NCBI RefSeq assembly: GCF_006345805.1
Contig: NW_021829922.1
Coordinates: 1-34,992 of the forward strand
Source of the DNA: Octopus sinensis
Lineage: Eukaryota
Reading direction: 5' to 3'
Length of the DNA stretch: 34,992 bases
Every line of letters begins with the position of its first letter. Position 1 is the stretch's first letter. Shown here in pieces: positions 11,622-23,515 of the stretch. A model generated the notes under the pieces. That model saw nothing but the letters and a program-made list of their open reading frames with translations, had not been told where the DNA came from and searched no databases. Both the position numbers and the translations under genes were made by a program.

Positions 11622-12136
11622 ATATGAGCAGCTTCATAGAAGTCACACTTTGGTTTAACAGAATATAATTTTTTACAGAGACGTTTGATTTTCTTTTGAG
11701 GGATACAAATGCTAAGAAGCCCTCTTCATACATTACTCAGTATCATTATGAACTCAAGACAAGTAAAATATTATAATATTGTGTTTTGTGATGGCCGTTA
11801 CTTACAAAGATCGAAACCAATTCGCAAAGCTACTTGCTGGTGGTAGCTAAACAACTTTCAACCAAAGGTAGTTGTACAACTTTTCTTTAACACTGGTCCT
11901 ACTAGCTAATAGCTTTCTTTCTTAAATTAAGAACGGCCCGAGAGTTATAGAGAAAATCAATGTGACTATTGATGTTTTCATATTGCTGGCTTGATACGAA
12001 CTTGGATCAAGGTTCGTGCTGCATGTAATGGTCGCTGTTTAATTATTTCTTTGCACATTTACTCCAGCACCTACTGTACATATGCGCACACAGTGGCTTC
12101 CATTCACACTAACAGCACCACCACCACGACCATCGC

Positions 12137-12137
<1 letters not shown>

Positions 12138-12204
<67 letters not shown>

Positions 12205-12214
12205 GTCTGTCTGT

Positions 12215-12252
<38 letters not shown>

Positions 12253-12253
12253 C

Positions 12254-12289
<36 letters not shown>

Positions 12290-12419
12290 GTCTGTCTGTC
12301 TGTCTGTCTCTCCCCCTCTCTCTCTATCTCTCTCTCTATCTATATATATAAACATATATGCGTTTACAAAAAACGCATACATTTTATACATACATATATG
12401 TGCATACACACACACACAC

Positions 12420-12452
<33 letters not shown>

Positions 12453-12705
12453 TGTATGTATGTATGTATGTATGTATGCATGTATGTATATATGTATGTA
12501 TGTATACATGTATGTATATATGTATGTGTATATGTATGTATGTATGTAAGTATGCATGTATGTATGTATGTATGTATGTATGTATGTATGTATGTATGCA
12601 TGCATGCATGCATGCATGCATGCATGCATGCATGTATGTATGTATGTATGTATGTATGTATGTATGTATGTATGTATGTATGCATGTATGTATATATGTA
12701 TGTGT
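12138..12705. repeat. Compound tetranucleotide microsatellite (ATCT)n(CTGT)n...(TATG)n(CATG)n
   Basis: Directly visible; it explains the ORFs at 11991-12829. Confidence 0.95.
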
Positions 12706-13263
12706 AGGGAACAGTGGGCAGATATACAAACTGGAGAAATAGATAGCGGCAGGTATTACCATAAAATGACTTTGCAAATAATTCTAGCATGACATCAAAG
12801 GAGACAATTTTCATTTGTAATGATATCAAATATATATATATATATATATATAATATATATGTATGTATATATATATGTATGTATGTATATATATATATAT
12901 ATATGTATGTATATATATATATAGTGCTTGTATATATGTGTACTTGTGTGTGTATGTTTGTTTAAGGCAACAGGTTCAGTTGCACAGTATTACACTAGTA
13001 GGGTGTTGCCCGAGTGTTACCTTCTTTAAAGTAGCGCTTTAGTAGAATATGATACCCGCATCATCATCGTCGTCATCATCGTCGTCATCATCGTCGTCAT
13101 TGTCGTCGTCGTCGTCGTCCTCATCGTCGTCGTCGTCATCATCCTCGTCGTTTTCCATAAAAATACCGGTATCCGCAACAACAAATAATGCTAGCGTCGG
13201 CAACCAATAGCGTTTACACCATAGACAATAACAACAACAACAACAGCGATAGTAATTCTTTCT

Positions 13264-13599
13264 ACTGTAAACTGTAAAGACCCTCTTCGGCCATGAATGA
13301 CCATGGCATTGCACCTAGAAGTTACCGAGGCACAAGTCCGGGCAAGGTTGTTTATGGAAGACTAACAGTCACCCATGCATACCAGCCTCCCCCTCTCCAC
13401 ACCACCGATGTTATCCAAGAGAACGGCAAAGACCGATACAGCTTGGTGCCAGTGACGTCACAGCTCACTTTTACAGCTGAGTGAACTGGAACAACGTGAA
13501 ATAAAGTGTCTTGCTCAAGAATTAAGCACACAGTCCAGTCCAGGAATCGAACTCACTAGCTCATAATTGTGAGCCTGACACTCTAACCACTGAGCTATG
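13264..13599 (-). mobile_element. CORE-like tRNA SINE (family A, tail 2)
   Basis: Head and core are like 82-220 (GCTCAGTGGTTAGAG, GAGTTCGATTCC, CTTGAGCAAGACACTTTATTTCACGTTG..CAGCTGTAAAAGTGAG), but the 3' half is unrelated and ends in TTTACAG repeats. Confidence 0.85.
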
Positions 13600-14121
13600 T
13601 AAAGTACCGGAAGAAATGGCGCTAAGAATTTTGTCCGGCGTGCTAACGACCCTTCAAGCTCGCTGCCTTCGGTTTCAAGTTTTGGCACAAGGCCAGCATC
13701 TTTTGAGAGGAGAGGTAAGTCGATTATATCGACCTCAGTACGTGACTGGTACTTACTGTATTGACCCCGAAAGAATGAAAGGCAATGTCAACTCTACGGA
13801 AATCTGGAGGAGGGAAGGAAATCGAATACATTCACCCCAGTGCTGAAGTGGTACTTACTTTATCGATCTCAAAAATATGAAAGGTAAAGTCGATCTCGGA
13901 GGAATATGATCTTAGAAATTAAAGTCGGAAGAATATGTCTCTAAGCATTTTCCCGACGATTTTGTCAGTTCGCCGCCATCTTAATAATAATAACGATAAT
14001 CCTTTCTACTATAGGAACAAGGCTTGGAATTTGGGGGAAGGCATAAGTGGATTACATCGATTCCAGTGCTATACTGGTTCTTATTTCATCGACCTCGAAA
14101 GGATGAAAGGCAAAGTCAACT
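13598..14121 (-). mobile_element. Head-to-tail cluster of family B SINE copies and fragments
   Basis: Three repeats of TGG(T)(A/T)CTTA.T.TAT.GA....GAAAG.ATGAAAGG.AA.GTC. Confidence 0.85.
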
Positions 14122-14489
14122 AAATTTTATAACATGCTTAATGAATATCAAGTTCCTCCACCTCACGTCATGGACGCTTTTCTCTTCCACTTTTCTTTCT
14201 CCGTCTTTATCTCTCTCCCTCTTTTTCTGTCTCCCTTTCTGTCTCAGTCTTCGTCTTATAATCCTTTACTCTTTCCTTTTTTTTTCTCCTCTCTTTTCCT
14301 TCAACAAATTCCGCGAAAGCGTTACAATAATATTCCCTCTACCTTACATCATGGGCGCTTCTCTCTCCATATTTTTCACACTCCCTCTTTTTTCTCTCTC
14401 TCTTTTTTTATCCCTCTTTTTCTCTAATCACGAGAAAGTATTACCGTCGGGCTAAGTAACGTAATGACAGTAGAATTTTTATAAGATTC

Positions 14490-14906
14490 TTTCTACAATA
14501 GGCAGGTCTAAAATTTTGGGCAGGATACTAATCAATTTCATGATCCCAGTGCTCAACTGGCAATTATTTCATTTACACCAAAAGATGAAAGGCAAAGTCG
14601 AAATTTGAACTCATAATGTAAAGTACCGGAAGAAATTGCGCTAAGCATTTTGTCCGGCGTACTAACGATCCTTCAATCTCGCTGCCTTCGGTTTCAAGTT
14701 TTGGCACAAGGCCAGCATCTTTTGATAGGAGGGGTAAGTCGATTATATCGACCCCAATACTTGACTGGTACTTACTGTATTGATCCCGAAAGAATGAAAG
14801 GCAAAGTCAACCCTACGGAATTTGAATTCAGAAATGAAAGAAGCGGAAGAAATACCGCTAAGCATTTTGTCCGGTGTGTTACTGATTATGGCAGCTCGCC
14901 ACCTTA
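14490..14906 (-). mobile_element. Two tandem family B SINEs
   Basis: Same motifs as other family B copies; 14617-14820 nearly duplicates 13598-13800. Confidence 0.85.
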
Positions 14907-14924
14907 TTCATCAATAATAATAGT

Positions 14925-15089
14925 GGCGCAGGATTGGCTGTGTGGTAAGTAACTTGCTTACCAACCACATGGTTCCGGGTTCAGTCCCACTGCGTGGCAC
15001 CTTGGGCAAGTGCCTTCTACTGTAGCCTCGGACCGACCAAAGCCTTGTGAGTGGATTTGGTAGACGGAAACTGAAAGAAGCCCGTCGTA

Positions 15090-15123
<34 letters not shown>

Positions 15124-15124
15124 T

Positions 15125-15169
<45 letters not shown>

Positions 15170-15414
15170 GGTGTGTGTGGTGTGTGTGTGTGTTTGTGTG
15201 TGTGTGTTTTTTCGCCCCAACATCGTTTGACAACCGATGCTGGTGTGTTTGCGTCCCCATAACTTAGCGGTTACCTCAAAAGAAACCGATACAATAAGTA
15301 CTAGGCTTACAAAGAATAAGTCCTGAGGTCGATTTGCTCCATCAAAGTCACTGCTCCAGCATGGCCGCAGTCAAATGACAAACTAGTAAAAGAGTAAAGC
15401 GTAAAAGAATAAAG
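14925..15414 (+). mobile_element. Full-length family C SINE with internal (TA)n(TG)n
   Basis: Head GGCGCAGGA.TGGCTGTGTGGTAAG...GGGTTCAGTCCC, then CACCTTGGGCAAGTG, GAAAGAAGCCCGTCG, the microsatellite, the 3' half and a (GTAAAAGA)n-like tail. Confidence 0.9.
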
Positions 15415-15615
15415 ATTTCAAATTTTGGCGCAAGTGGAAGGGGTTAAATCGATTACATTGACCCAGTGTTCAGCTGGTACTTATTTCATCGACTCCGAAA
15501 AGATAAAGGGTAAAGTCGACTTCGGCGGAGTTTGAAACGCAGAACGTGAAAACGGACAAAATGCTGTTAAGCATTTTGTCCGTTGTGCTAACGATTATAC
15601 CAGCTCGGCGCCTTA
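15415..15615 (-). mobile_element. Family B SINE, full length
   Basis: TTTCAAATTTTGGCGCAAG...CTGGTACTTATTTCATCGAC...AAAGTCGACTTCGGCGG...CCAGCTCGGCGCCTTA. Confidence 0.85.
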
Positions 15616-15689
15616 TTCAACAACAATAACAACAAAACGTAGTTCACACTATCATCATAGTCAACACTACATCAATAATAACCAGCGTC

Positions 15690-16168
15690 ACCGCCACCAC
15701 CCACCACCACCACCACCACCACCACCCACCAGCCACCACCACCACCCCACCACCACCACCACCACCACCACCACCACCACAACCACCTCATCACTGCCAC
15801 CACTACCATACCACGACAATGACGACTACCACCACCACCACCACCACAACCACCATCACCACCAGCATCACCACCATCACCACTATTACCACGACGACCG
15901 ACGACGACCACCACCACCACCACCACCACTGCCACCACTATTACCACGACGACGACGACTACGACCACCACACTACCACCACTGCCACCACTATTACCAC
16001 GATGACGACTACTACGCAAAACCACAACACCACCACCCCACCACCACCACTGCCACCACTATTACCACGACGACGACGACTACCACCACCACCACTACCA
16101 CCACTGCCACCACTATTACCACGACGACTACTACCACCACCACCACCACACCACCACCACCACCACAC
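15690..16168. repeat. (CAC)n/(GAC)n trinucleotide tract with higher-order unit CCACCACTGCCACCACTATTACCACGACGACGAC
   Basis: The unit recurs near 15923, 15976, 16044 and 16099. Confidence 0.9.
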
Positions 16169-16559
16169 GAGTCACAAGTGACAACAATAACCCTGATTAT
16201 TACAAACGATATTGCAGACCGAGGTTCGATTTCGCATTGTTGCTTATTGAGTGAGTTCCATGTATATTTGGACCGAGAGGCAATATCATGTCCTTTACTA
16301 ACGCTGCTGAAACTAATATTGACACCAACGAGTGTAAGGTCAATTACAACAGTGGTGTTTATCAGTGTACATTTCATACGATCGGGTTACAGGTGTTTTT
16401 TTTTTTTTTAACTTTTGTAATTTTTTTTTATCTCTTCATTTTGTTCGGTACGGATTACATGTTATCCTGCACTGTAACACATCTTGGATGTATGTCTTAT
16501 GTGTGTGTTTTAGTTTAAATGGGTTGTTTTGTTTTGTACCCCCAGTCACCTCTAATCGT

Positions 16560-16610
16560 GTACACCACAAACACACACACACACACACCAAACCATATAA
16601 TATATAATAT

Positions 16611-16641
<31 letters not shown>

Positions 16642-16654
16642 GTTTATATATATG

Positions 16655-16688
<34 letters not shown>

Positions 16689-16689
16689 T

Positions 16690-16732
<43 letters not shown>

Positions 16733-16734
16733 AA

Positions 16735-16774
<40 letters not shown>

Positions 16775-16826
16775 ATGTATATAATACGATATAATATATA
16801 CATATATATGTATATATATGTATACA

Positions 16827-16857
<31 letters not shown>

Positions 16858-17310
16858 GTTATTATTACATATATAGATAACACATATATTTATATACATA
16901 TATATATAACACACACACCTTTCATATATATATGTGTATGTGTAATTATAAATTACAGATAAACATATATATATATATATTATAATATATATATATATAT
17001 ATTCACATACATATTCGCATATATACAGATACAGACACATGAGTACTTATGTGTGTGTGTGTGCGTGTGTGGTGTAATGTGGTGTCGTGTGTGTGCGTGT
17101 GTGTGTGGTGTGATGTGGTGGTGTGTGTGTGTGCATGTGTGTGTGTGTGCGTATGTGTGTGCATGTATATGAATAAGCAAATGGACTGAATTTCTTGAGT
17201 TTCACGCCACTGCTATCATCTGTAGCTCGCAGTGAAGTGAAACTTAAGCTACGAGTTATGTGTGTGTGTGTGTGTGTATGTATGTGTGTGTGTGTGTATG
17301 CGCATGTGTG
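16560..17310. repeat. (TA)n/(TG)n microsatellite field
   Basis: Directly visible. Confidence 0.9.
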
Positions 17311-17598
17311 TATGTACAGAGAGAGAAAGAAAGAATTAATGGTACTGTGCTCGACTATAAATATAGGGTTCGTAAAAAAAATATATACAGGTGTTGGTGT
17401 GCGGTAAAATATTTGCTTCCTAATCACATGGTTTCGGGTTCAGTTCCACAGCATAGCACCTTGTGCAAGTGTCTTCAGCTATAGCCAACACATGTCTTCT
17501 GAGTGGATTTGGTAGAAGGAAACTGAAAGAAGAAGCCCGTATATATATATATATATATTATATATATAGTATATATATATATTTATATATATATATAT

Positions 17599-17935
17599 AA
17601 ATAATTTACAGATAAGGGCAAAAGAAAATTCTAATGCCAAATATACCGAAAAAAGACAAAACTTTTCAATAACCATTATAATTTATGCGTCTCGAAACAA
17701 ACCGATAGAATCTCTAAAAAATTCGTTATTACCGTATTGATCCAATTTCGGGGTTACTTAATAAATTTTCCCCTCTTCAGCGGCAATACATCGAGTATAA
17801 GTGAAATACTTACTCATAACCCATGGAAAAAGCAAGCACTAAGTCCAGAGCAGACCTAAGTACCCCAAATATATCCAAAATAGAAAAATCTTCGGCACAT
17901 CTCGAGACACGTGTGATTCGACTATACTGTGAAAG
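17599..17935 (-). mobile_element. Short (TA)n-flanked hammerhead-bearing insert (Penelope-like pLTR fragment or retrozyme-like)
   Basis: (TA)n on both sides; contains a canonical hammerhead at 17727-17788. Confidence 0.7.
17727..17788 (-). ncRNA. Type I hammerhead ribozyme
   Basis: UAUUGCCG-CUGAAGA-GGGG...CCCC-GAAA-UUG-gau-CAA-UA-CGGUAAUA. Stem I is 8 bp, the core is canonical and the cleavage triplet is AUA. Confidence 0.85.
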
Positions 17936-18013
17936 TATATATATATATATATATAAAATAGTATATTATATATATATATATATTATATATATAATATATA
18001 TATATATATATAG

Positions 18014-18048
<35 letters not shown>

Positions 18049-18179
18049 TATATATTTTATATATGTATATGTATATATAATATATATAGATTATATATAT
18101 ATATTCCTATATGAATATATATGTATATATGAATATAATATATATATATTATGAATATTATATATATATATATATATTA

Positions 18180-18226
<47 letters not shown>

Positions 18227-18580
18227 ATATATATATATATATATATATCTATATATATATATATATATATGTGTGTGTCTTTCCCCCCATGACCACCGGT
18301 GTTCGTGTTAGTGTGTGTACGTCCGTAAGTCAGCGGTTTGGCTGGAGATGCCGATAGAATAAATCCCGAGCTTTACAAAAGATATAAGTATTGGGGTCAA
18401 TTCATTAAACTAAGATCCTTGTATGCGGTGCATCAGCATGCCACAGTCTACTACGACTGAAACAAGCTGCAGATAAAAGAGAAATGATACAGCAATATAT
18501 AATAAGAAATAACAAAAATGGTTTCTATTACATCAATGTAGCTTCTTTCTTTAGATGTTTTTTTTACATTTAGATTTTAT

Positions 18581-18787
18581 GTCCTCTCAGCTGGCAAAAA
18601 TTACTTGTGTCTGTAATTCAAAGTGTCAGACTTATCGCATTCTTTCACGCTGGACCTCCATGAGAACTATGTTAAGGTGTCACACGTGTATGTGTAGTAC
18701 TCAGCCACATGCGCGTTAATTTTACGTGCAGGCTGTTCCGTTGACCAGATGAACTGGAACCCTCGTCGTCAATACCGACGATGTGCC
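18581..18787 (+). mobile_element. Family A SINE 3' fragment (tail 1)
   Basis: Aligns with 198-400 (CTCAGCTGGCAAAAAT...GAGAACTATGTTA...GCAGGCTGTTCCGTTGA...CCCTCGTCGTC). Confidence 0.85.
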
Positions 18788-19497
18788 GGTATTTATGTTA
18801 TTAATATTATTTCGTTAAGACCGCCGAGGTCGACTTTGCTCTTCGTCCTTTCGGGGTCGATAAATTAAGTACCAGTTACGCACTGGGTCGATATAATCGA
18901 CTTAATCCTTTTGTCTGTCCTTGTTTGTCCCCCTCTGTATTTAGCCCCTTGTGGGTAGTAAAGAAATAGGTATTTATGTTATTAATATTATTTTGTTAAG
19001 ACCGCTGAGGTCGACTTTGCCCTTCATCCTTCCGGGGGTCGATAAATTAAGTACCAGTTACGCACTGGGTCGATATAATCGACTTAATCCGTTTGTCTGT
19101 CTCTGTTTGTCCCCCTCTGTGTTAGCCCCTTGTGGGTAGTAAAGAAATAGGTATTTATGTTATTAATATTATTTTGTTAAGACCGCTGAGGTCGACATTG
19201 CCTTTCATCCTTCCGGGGGTCGATAAATTAAGTACCAGTTACGCACTGGGTCGATATAATCGACTTAATCCGTTTGTCTGTTCTTGTTTGTCCCCCTCTG
19301 TGTTAGCCCCTTGTGGGTAGTAAAGAAATAGGTATTTATGTTATTACTATTATTTTGTTAAGACATTGCCTTTCATCCTTCCGGGGTCGATAAATTAAGC
19401 ACCAGTTGCGTACTGGGGTTGATATAATCGACTGGTTCCTCTCCTCCAAAATTTCGGACTTTGTGCCTAGAGTAGAAAAGAATATTATTTCGTTAAG
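18788..19497 (+). repeat. Tandem array of 181-bp family B SINE-derived units (3 full, 1 partial, plus the SINE tail)
   Basis: Units start at 18788, 18969, 19150 and 19331 (GGTATTTATGTTATTA...). A perfect 17-bp direct repeat AATATTATTTCGTTAAG lies at 18803-18819 and 19481-19497. Confidence 0.95.
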
Positions 19498-19597
19498 GTT
19501 ATTTCTATAGAAATTATAGCCAGCGCTGTTTTTTGCTACAATGTTTCGTATCGAGACGTCAGATGTAAACAAACAATGAGATCAGAGACAAATATGG

Positions 19598-19658
19598 TAA
19601 ATGAGTGTATATATGCCATATTTCTGGGGGGTTTTGCACCTTCATCAGCACCCATTTA
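19598..19658 (-). ncRNA. Type I hammerhead ribozyme motif (stem II closing pair mismatched)
   Basis: UAAAUGGGUG-CUGAUGA-AGG...CCA-GAAA-UAUGGCAUAUA-UA-CACUCAUUUA; stem I is 10 bp. Confidence 0.7.
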
Positions 19659-19719
19659 ACCCACTCTTCTCTCCGAACATATTGCTTATATAGCCACCAC
19701 ATACAGCGGTGTTAAGTTA

Positions 19720-20120
19720 TCTCTATATATAAAACTGTAGTTGTGTGAGTGTCTGTCCCCTTCGATTTAGATTCCTAACACTCCCAACTACTCCCACATT
19801 TTGCGGTGCAGTTTAAAACCAAAACCGGGTATCTTATAGTCGTATTCATATCGAGCCCTTCTGGGTATTAGCGCGCGTCTACGATGAGTCTACGATTTTA
19901 AAATAATTTACCATCATTTTTTTCCATTTTCATGCATATTTTTTTGAAGGGAAGTAACTCTCTAAAAATGTCTACGATGAGTCAACGATTTAAAAAAAAA
20001 TTGCCATTATATTTTTTCCATTTTTAATGCATTTCTTTGCTATTTTTGGCTATAGCTCTCTAAAAATGCTGTATAGTTATTTCCCTTACAAACCCGAGCA
20101 ACGCCGGGCGATACTGCTAG
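19720..20120 (+). mobile_element. Non-autonomous Helitron
   Basis: A|TC start (TCTCTATATATAAA), subterminal hairpin CCCGAGCAACGCCGGG (20093-20108), CTAG|T end and no TSD. Internal ~93-bp duplication beginning GTCTACGATGAGTC. Confidence 0.85.
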
Positions 20121-20454
20121 TTGGATATAACAACTTACATATTAAGCGCATTCCTGGGGCTAGTATGTAAATATTAATTACTTCTAAGCACGTGGTATCT
20201 CGTTATGTAACCATAATATATTATAAAGTATATTAAATGTCATTATGAGTCAACGCCACATCTACTGCATTAGTAGTGTGCTTTACAATATTTTATTAAG
20301 GTTATTTCTACAGAAATACTAACCATCTCACTTCAGAACTTTCTCAATCTTTTTTTGAGTACAGGAATTCTATCACCTTTAAGTGAAAATATTTTACTTC
20401 ATTAGGAAATCTAGTAGCACATAAATTAAAAGAATAATATGGGCATTGTTTTAA

Positions 20455-20675
20455 TTAGTTCTTGTCATTTAATCCCAGGCAAGTAACAGTCGCATAGAAC
20501 TATGATCAAAAGTTCTGGCCGTGACCTCCTATTTTAGTCAAACAGCATATCTAGGACTAAAGTATCTGATGTATCGTGACCAGCATTTTTAAAAAGTTGT
20601 TTTAAAAAGCGTTGTTTGAGGGAGATTTGTGTTCTATTTCTATCAAGCTGAACGATGATGTAGAGTCTCCCTGCC
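20455..20675 (+). repeat. Family E dispersed repeat, best-preserved copy
   Basis: CTATGATCAAAAGTTCTGGCCGTGACC...TATCTAGGACTAAAGTATCTGATGT...TTTGAGGGAGATTTG..TTCTATTTCTA...GTAGAGTCTCCC. Confidence 0.6.
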
Positions 20676-21889
20676 AAGGGGTTTTCACATCTTTTGGACT
20701 GGTGGAATCAAGATCTGTTGCGACTCAGCCTGAACATTCGGCTGCGTTTCTGGGATGGAGTGAATGGCAAATATGCTTAGAGTGAGATTCGGTATGTGGT
20801 GAGAAAGAACGGTAAATGTGTCAGGCGGTTTAAATAAAGGATTAGGCAGAAGTGTAGTTTTGAGGAGCAGAAGCCTTTGAAGCAACAATAGAACTGATAA
20901 GATAAAACAGCAGGTTTTTGAGCTAATTTTCGTAATACGATAAAGAGGGGAATTCTGCCATCAAGCACCCAAGGATCAGGTGGGGGTGATAGAACGTGTG
21001 ATGGAATAAATCTGCCACTTAAAAACTCAGAAAGCAGAGAGACGGAACAATTACTGCAAGGCATCGGAAGATTGATTTTCGTACACTTTGAACTCAGAGT
21101 GCACGAAAATCAGAGTGCAAAGAACCAGAAAACTTCCTCTACAAGGCTTTAATGACATTGTCAACTTCCCTATGTATATATATGTATAGAGTGTTAGGTG
21201 TGGTGTACAGAAATTGAATAGTGAGAAATTGAAAAGTCATCAGAATTTTGGAAATTTTTTTTTTTTTATTTCTTCATTATTATTAGCGCTTTCGTTCATT
21301 TCTCGAACTTGTCAAATAAAGTTTTTGAATGTACAACTAACTTGGTCATTTATATAAAAGAGATGGTTTTTTTTTTTGGGGGGGGGTTGTTTAGAAGAAG
21401 AGTACATTGTTCTTGTTTTCTTTTTGGTGTAGGGGAAGATTCCATGACAATGGAGATAGACAGAAATATAGGTAGGTAGATAGGCTGATAGATAAATAGA
21501 TAGATAGGTAGAGAGAGGGAGAGAGAGAAGGGGACCCCCTTCCTATTCACCATTAATTTATTTAGTCATTTACATTTGTATTGGAATGAGTTTAAGGATG
21601 GTAACCTCTTAAAAAAAGCCGGTGTGGTGTGGGGATCACTGAAAGTCTTTCTGCTTTCTTTCTCTCTTCCTCTTCTTTTTTCTCTTTTCTCTTTCCTTCT
21701 TTTTTCCTCATTCTTTCTTTTTCTCCTCTGAGTTATATTTAGAATACAAAATGTACTGTCTCCACTTTCCTTTCAAAAATTCAATTTTGGAGACAATCTT
21801 TTAATGAAATGTAGTTCTGCTTGAAAAAACATTAGTATAATATTTACAAATTAAAAATTTTTAAAAAGATAAATAATAAAATACAATTT

Positions 21890-22428
21890 TTAATATATAT
21901 ATCCCACTATTCTGTCCTATTACTCTGTCACTCACTCTCCCTCACTCTTCCTCCCTTGCTCACGTAGCTCTCACGTGACCATCGGCCGTCTTTCTTTCTT
22001 CTAACTTGTGTTTCTTGCTTTCTCTTCGTTGTAGCTGGAACAAGGAAGACGTGTTTTTGTCTGTCTCCTGTCCAAGCTGATTTACGCATTCGCCACCACA
22101 ACCTCGTTTAGGCTTAGCAGCCCTTCCTGTTTGTTTTCACCGTCCTGTTTGTGGTACCAATTTTGACCCTCCGCAAAATCCCAAATTTTATTTATTTTGC
22201 TTTGCGGGGGCAACTGTTTTATCGAAAGCGTATATTGTTATTAAATACTCGAAATACGAGAGTAGAAAAACAGCCAACAACTGATTATGGGTCGTTCTTT
22301 ATGTTGTTTGTCTTGTTTTCCATCTGTGTCTTTCGTTGTTCGAAAAAATAGTTCATAGTCCATGTACTCATACTTCGTATTTTTTTGTTGTGCACGTTTC
22401 ATGACGTCCTATGCCCACATATGCATAT
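21890..22428. mobile_element. Diverged relative of the 6636-7520 element, ending on (TACA)n(TA)n
   Basis: Shared blocks CACGTGAC, CTGTCTCCT, TTTGCGG..ACTGTTT, ACAACTGA, TTCTTTATGT, TTCGTTGTTCGAAAAAA and GA.GTCCT.T.CCCA.AT.TGCAT. Confidence 0.6.
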
Positions 22429-22517
22429 ACATACATACATACATACATACATACATACATACATACATCTACATACATACTACTACATACATACATACAT
22501 ATATACATCATACATAC

Positions 22518-22576
<59 letters not shown>

Positions 22577-23515
22577 ATATATATACATATAATCTTATTT
22601 TAAAATAGTGTACATATAAGCACAAGGAAAAACTACCTTTAACAGGTAATTTTTACATGCTAGAAGAAGCAACCAAAACGGCCAAAATCACAATTTAATT
22701 GCAATTTTCGAAGTAAATGAAAAATAAAAACTTTTACCTTGTTATTTTTTGCGGTTATACCTAGGTTTCAGATTTCTTTAGCAAATAAGATTATCTGCTA
22801 CCCTTTAACAGATAATTTAGCAAATAAGATTATCTGCCAGGCGAATTCTCATCAGTAACTGGCCTCAATAACTAACTTATAATTCAGAAACAAATAACAC
22901 GTGTACCATCATTATATGTTATAATATTTCAAAATTCAGTGCGCAAGCGTAGTTTCAGCCGACGGTAAATAGATAATGCCGAGCTGATTCTTCGAGAATG
23001 CTAAGATCATATTCATAAGATACATATATAGGGCAGCGAATATTCGTTAGGAATATCATCACCAGTGGCCTAGCATGCATAATAGTCAATAGACAACATA
23101 ATCTTATTTTAAAATAGTGTACATTTAAACACAAGAGAAAACTACCCTGATTCTTCTCGAAGAATCAGCTCGGCATTATGGAATTTGTGCGTAGTCTGTT
23201 TCTGAGAGCTATTCTATTGGACCGCTGGCTAATCATTAAAACATTGGTTTTTTAATGAACATAGAAATCATACATTAGTCCCTAATTTTCTATGCAAATA
23301 TATGAATGAAAATTAAGTTCAGACCTTAAGTAGAAATAGCAGCCAAATTTCCCTCAAAACACCCTGTCTTAATCCGACAATTTTGCATATTATATAGTTT
23401 TAATGAGAAACTGTAACTAAAGATTAAGATTATCAATCAAAACACAAAGAGGTGAAAGAAGAGAGACAACATAACGAAATTTTTGGCTGACTGTCATCCT
23501 GTACTCCCCTTATTG

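Larger units (their letters stand above)
17387..18480 (+). mobile_element. Family C SINE split by a nested insertion (5' half 17387-17540, 3' half about 18270-18480)
   Basis: Both halves align with 14925-15414. They are separated by (TA)n, a 337-bp insert and more (TA)n. Confidence 0.8.

Noticed and set aside
11991-12829. Long ORFs of [12 protein letters not shown] or MYVC type (also at 8.3, 15.7-17.4, 22.4 and 29.6-31.9 kb)
   Set aside because: They are stop-free translations of microsatellites.
18788-19497. CRISPR-like regular array and duplicated 62-aa ORFs
   Set aside because: The units are whole near-identical SINE-derived repeats with no unique spacers and no cas genes, in a eukaryotic context.
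20685-21064. Exon-like minus-strand segment after TTTTATCTTATCAG
   Set aside because: No convincing donor or recognisable protein motif in any frame; left unassigned.
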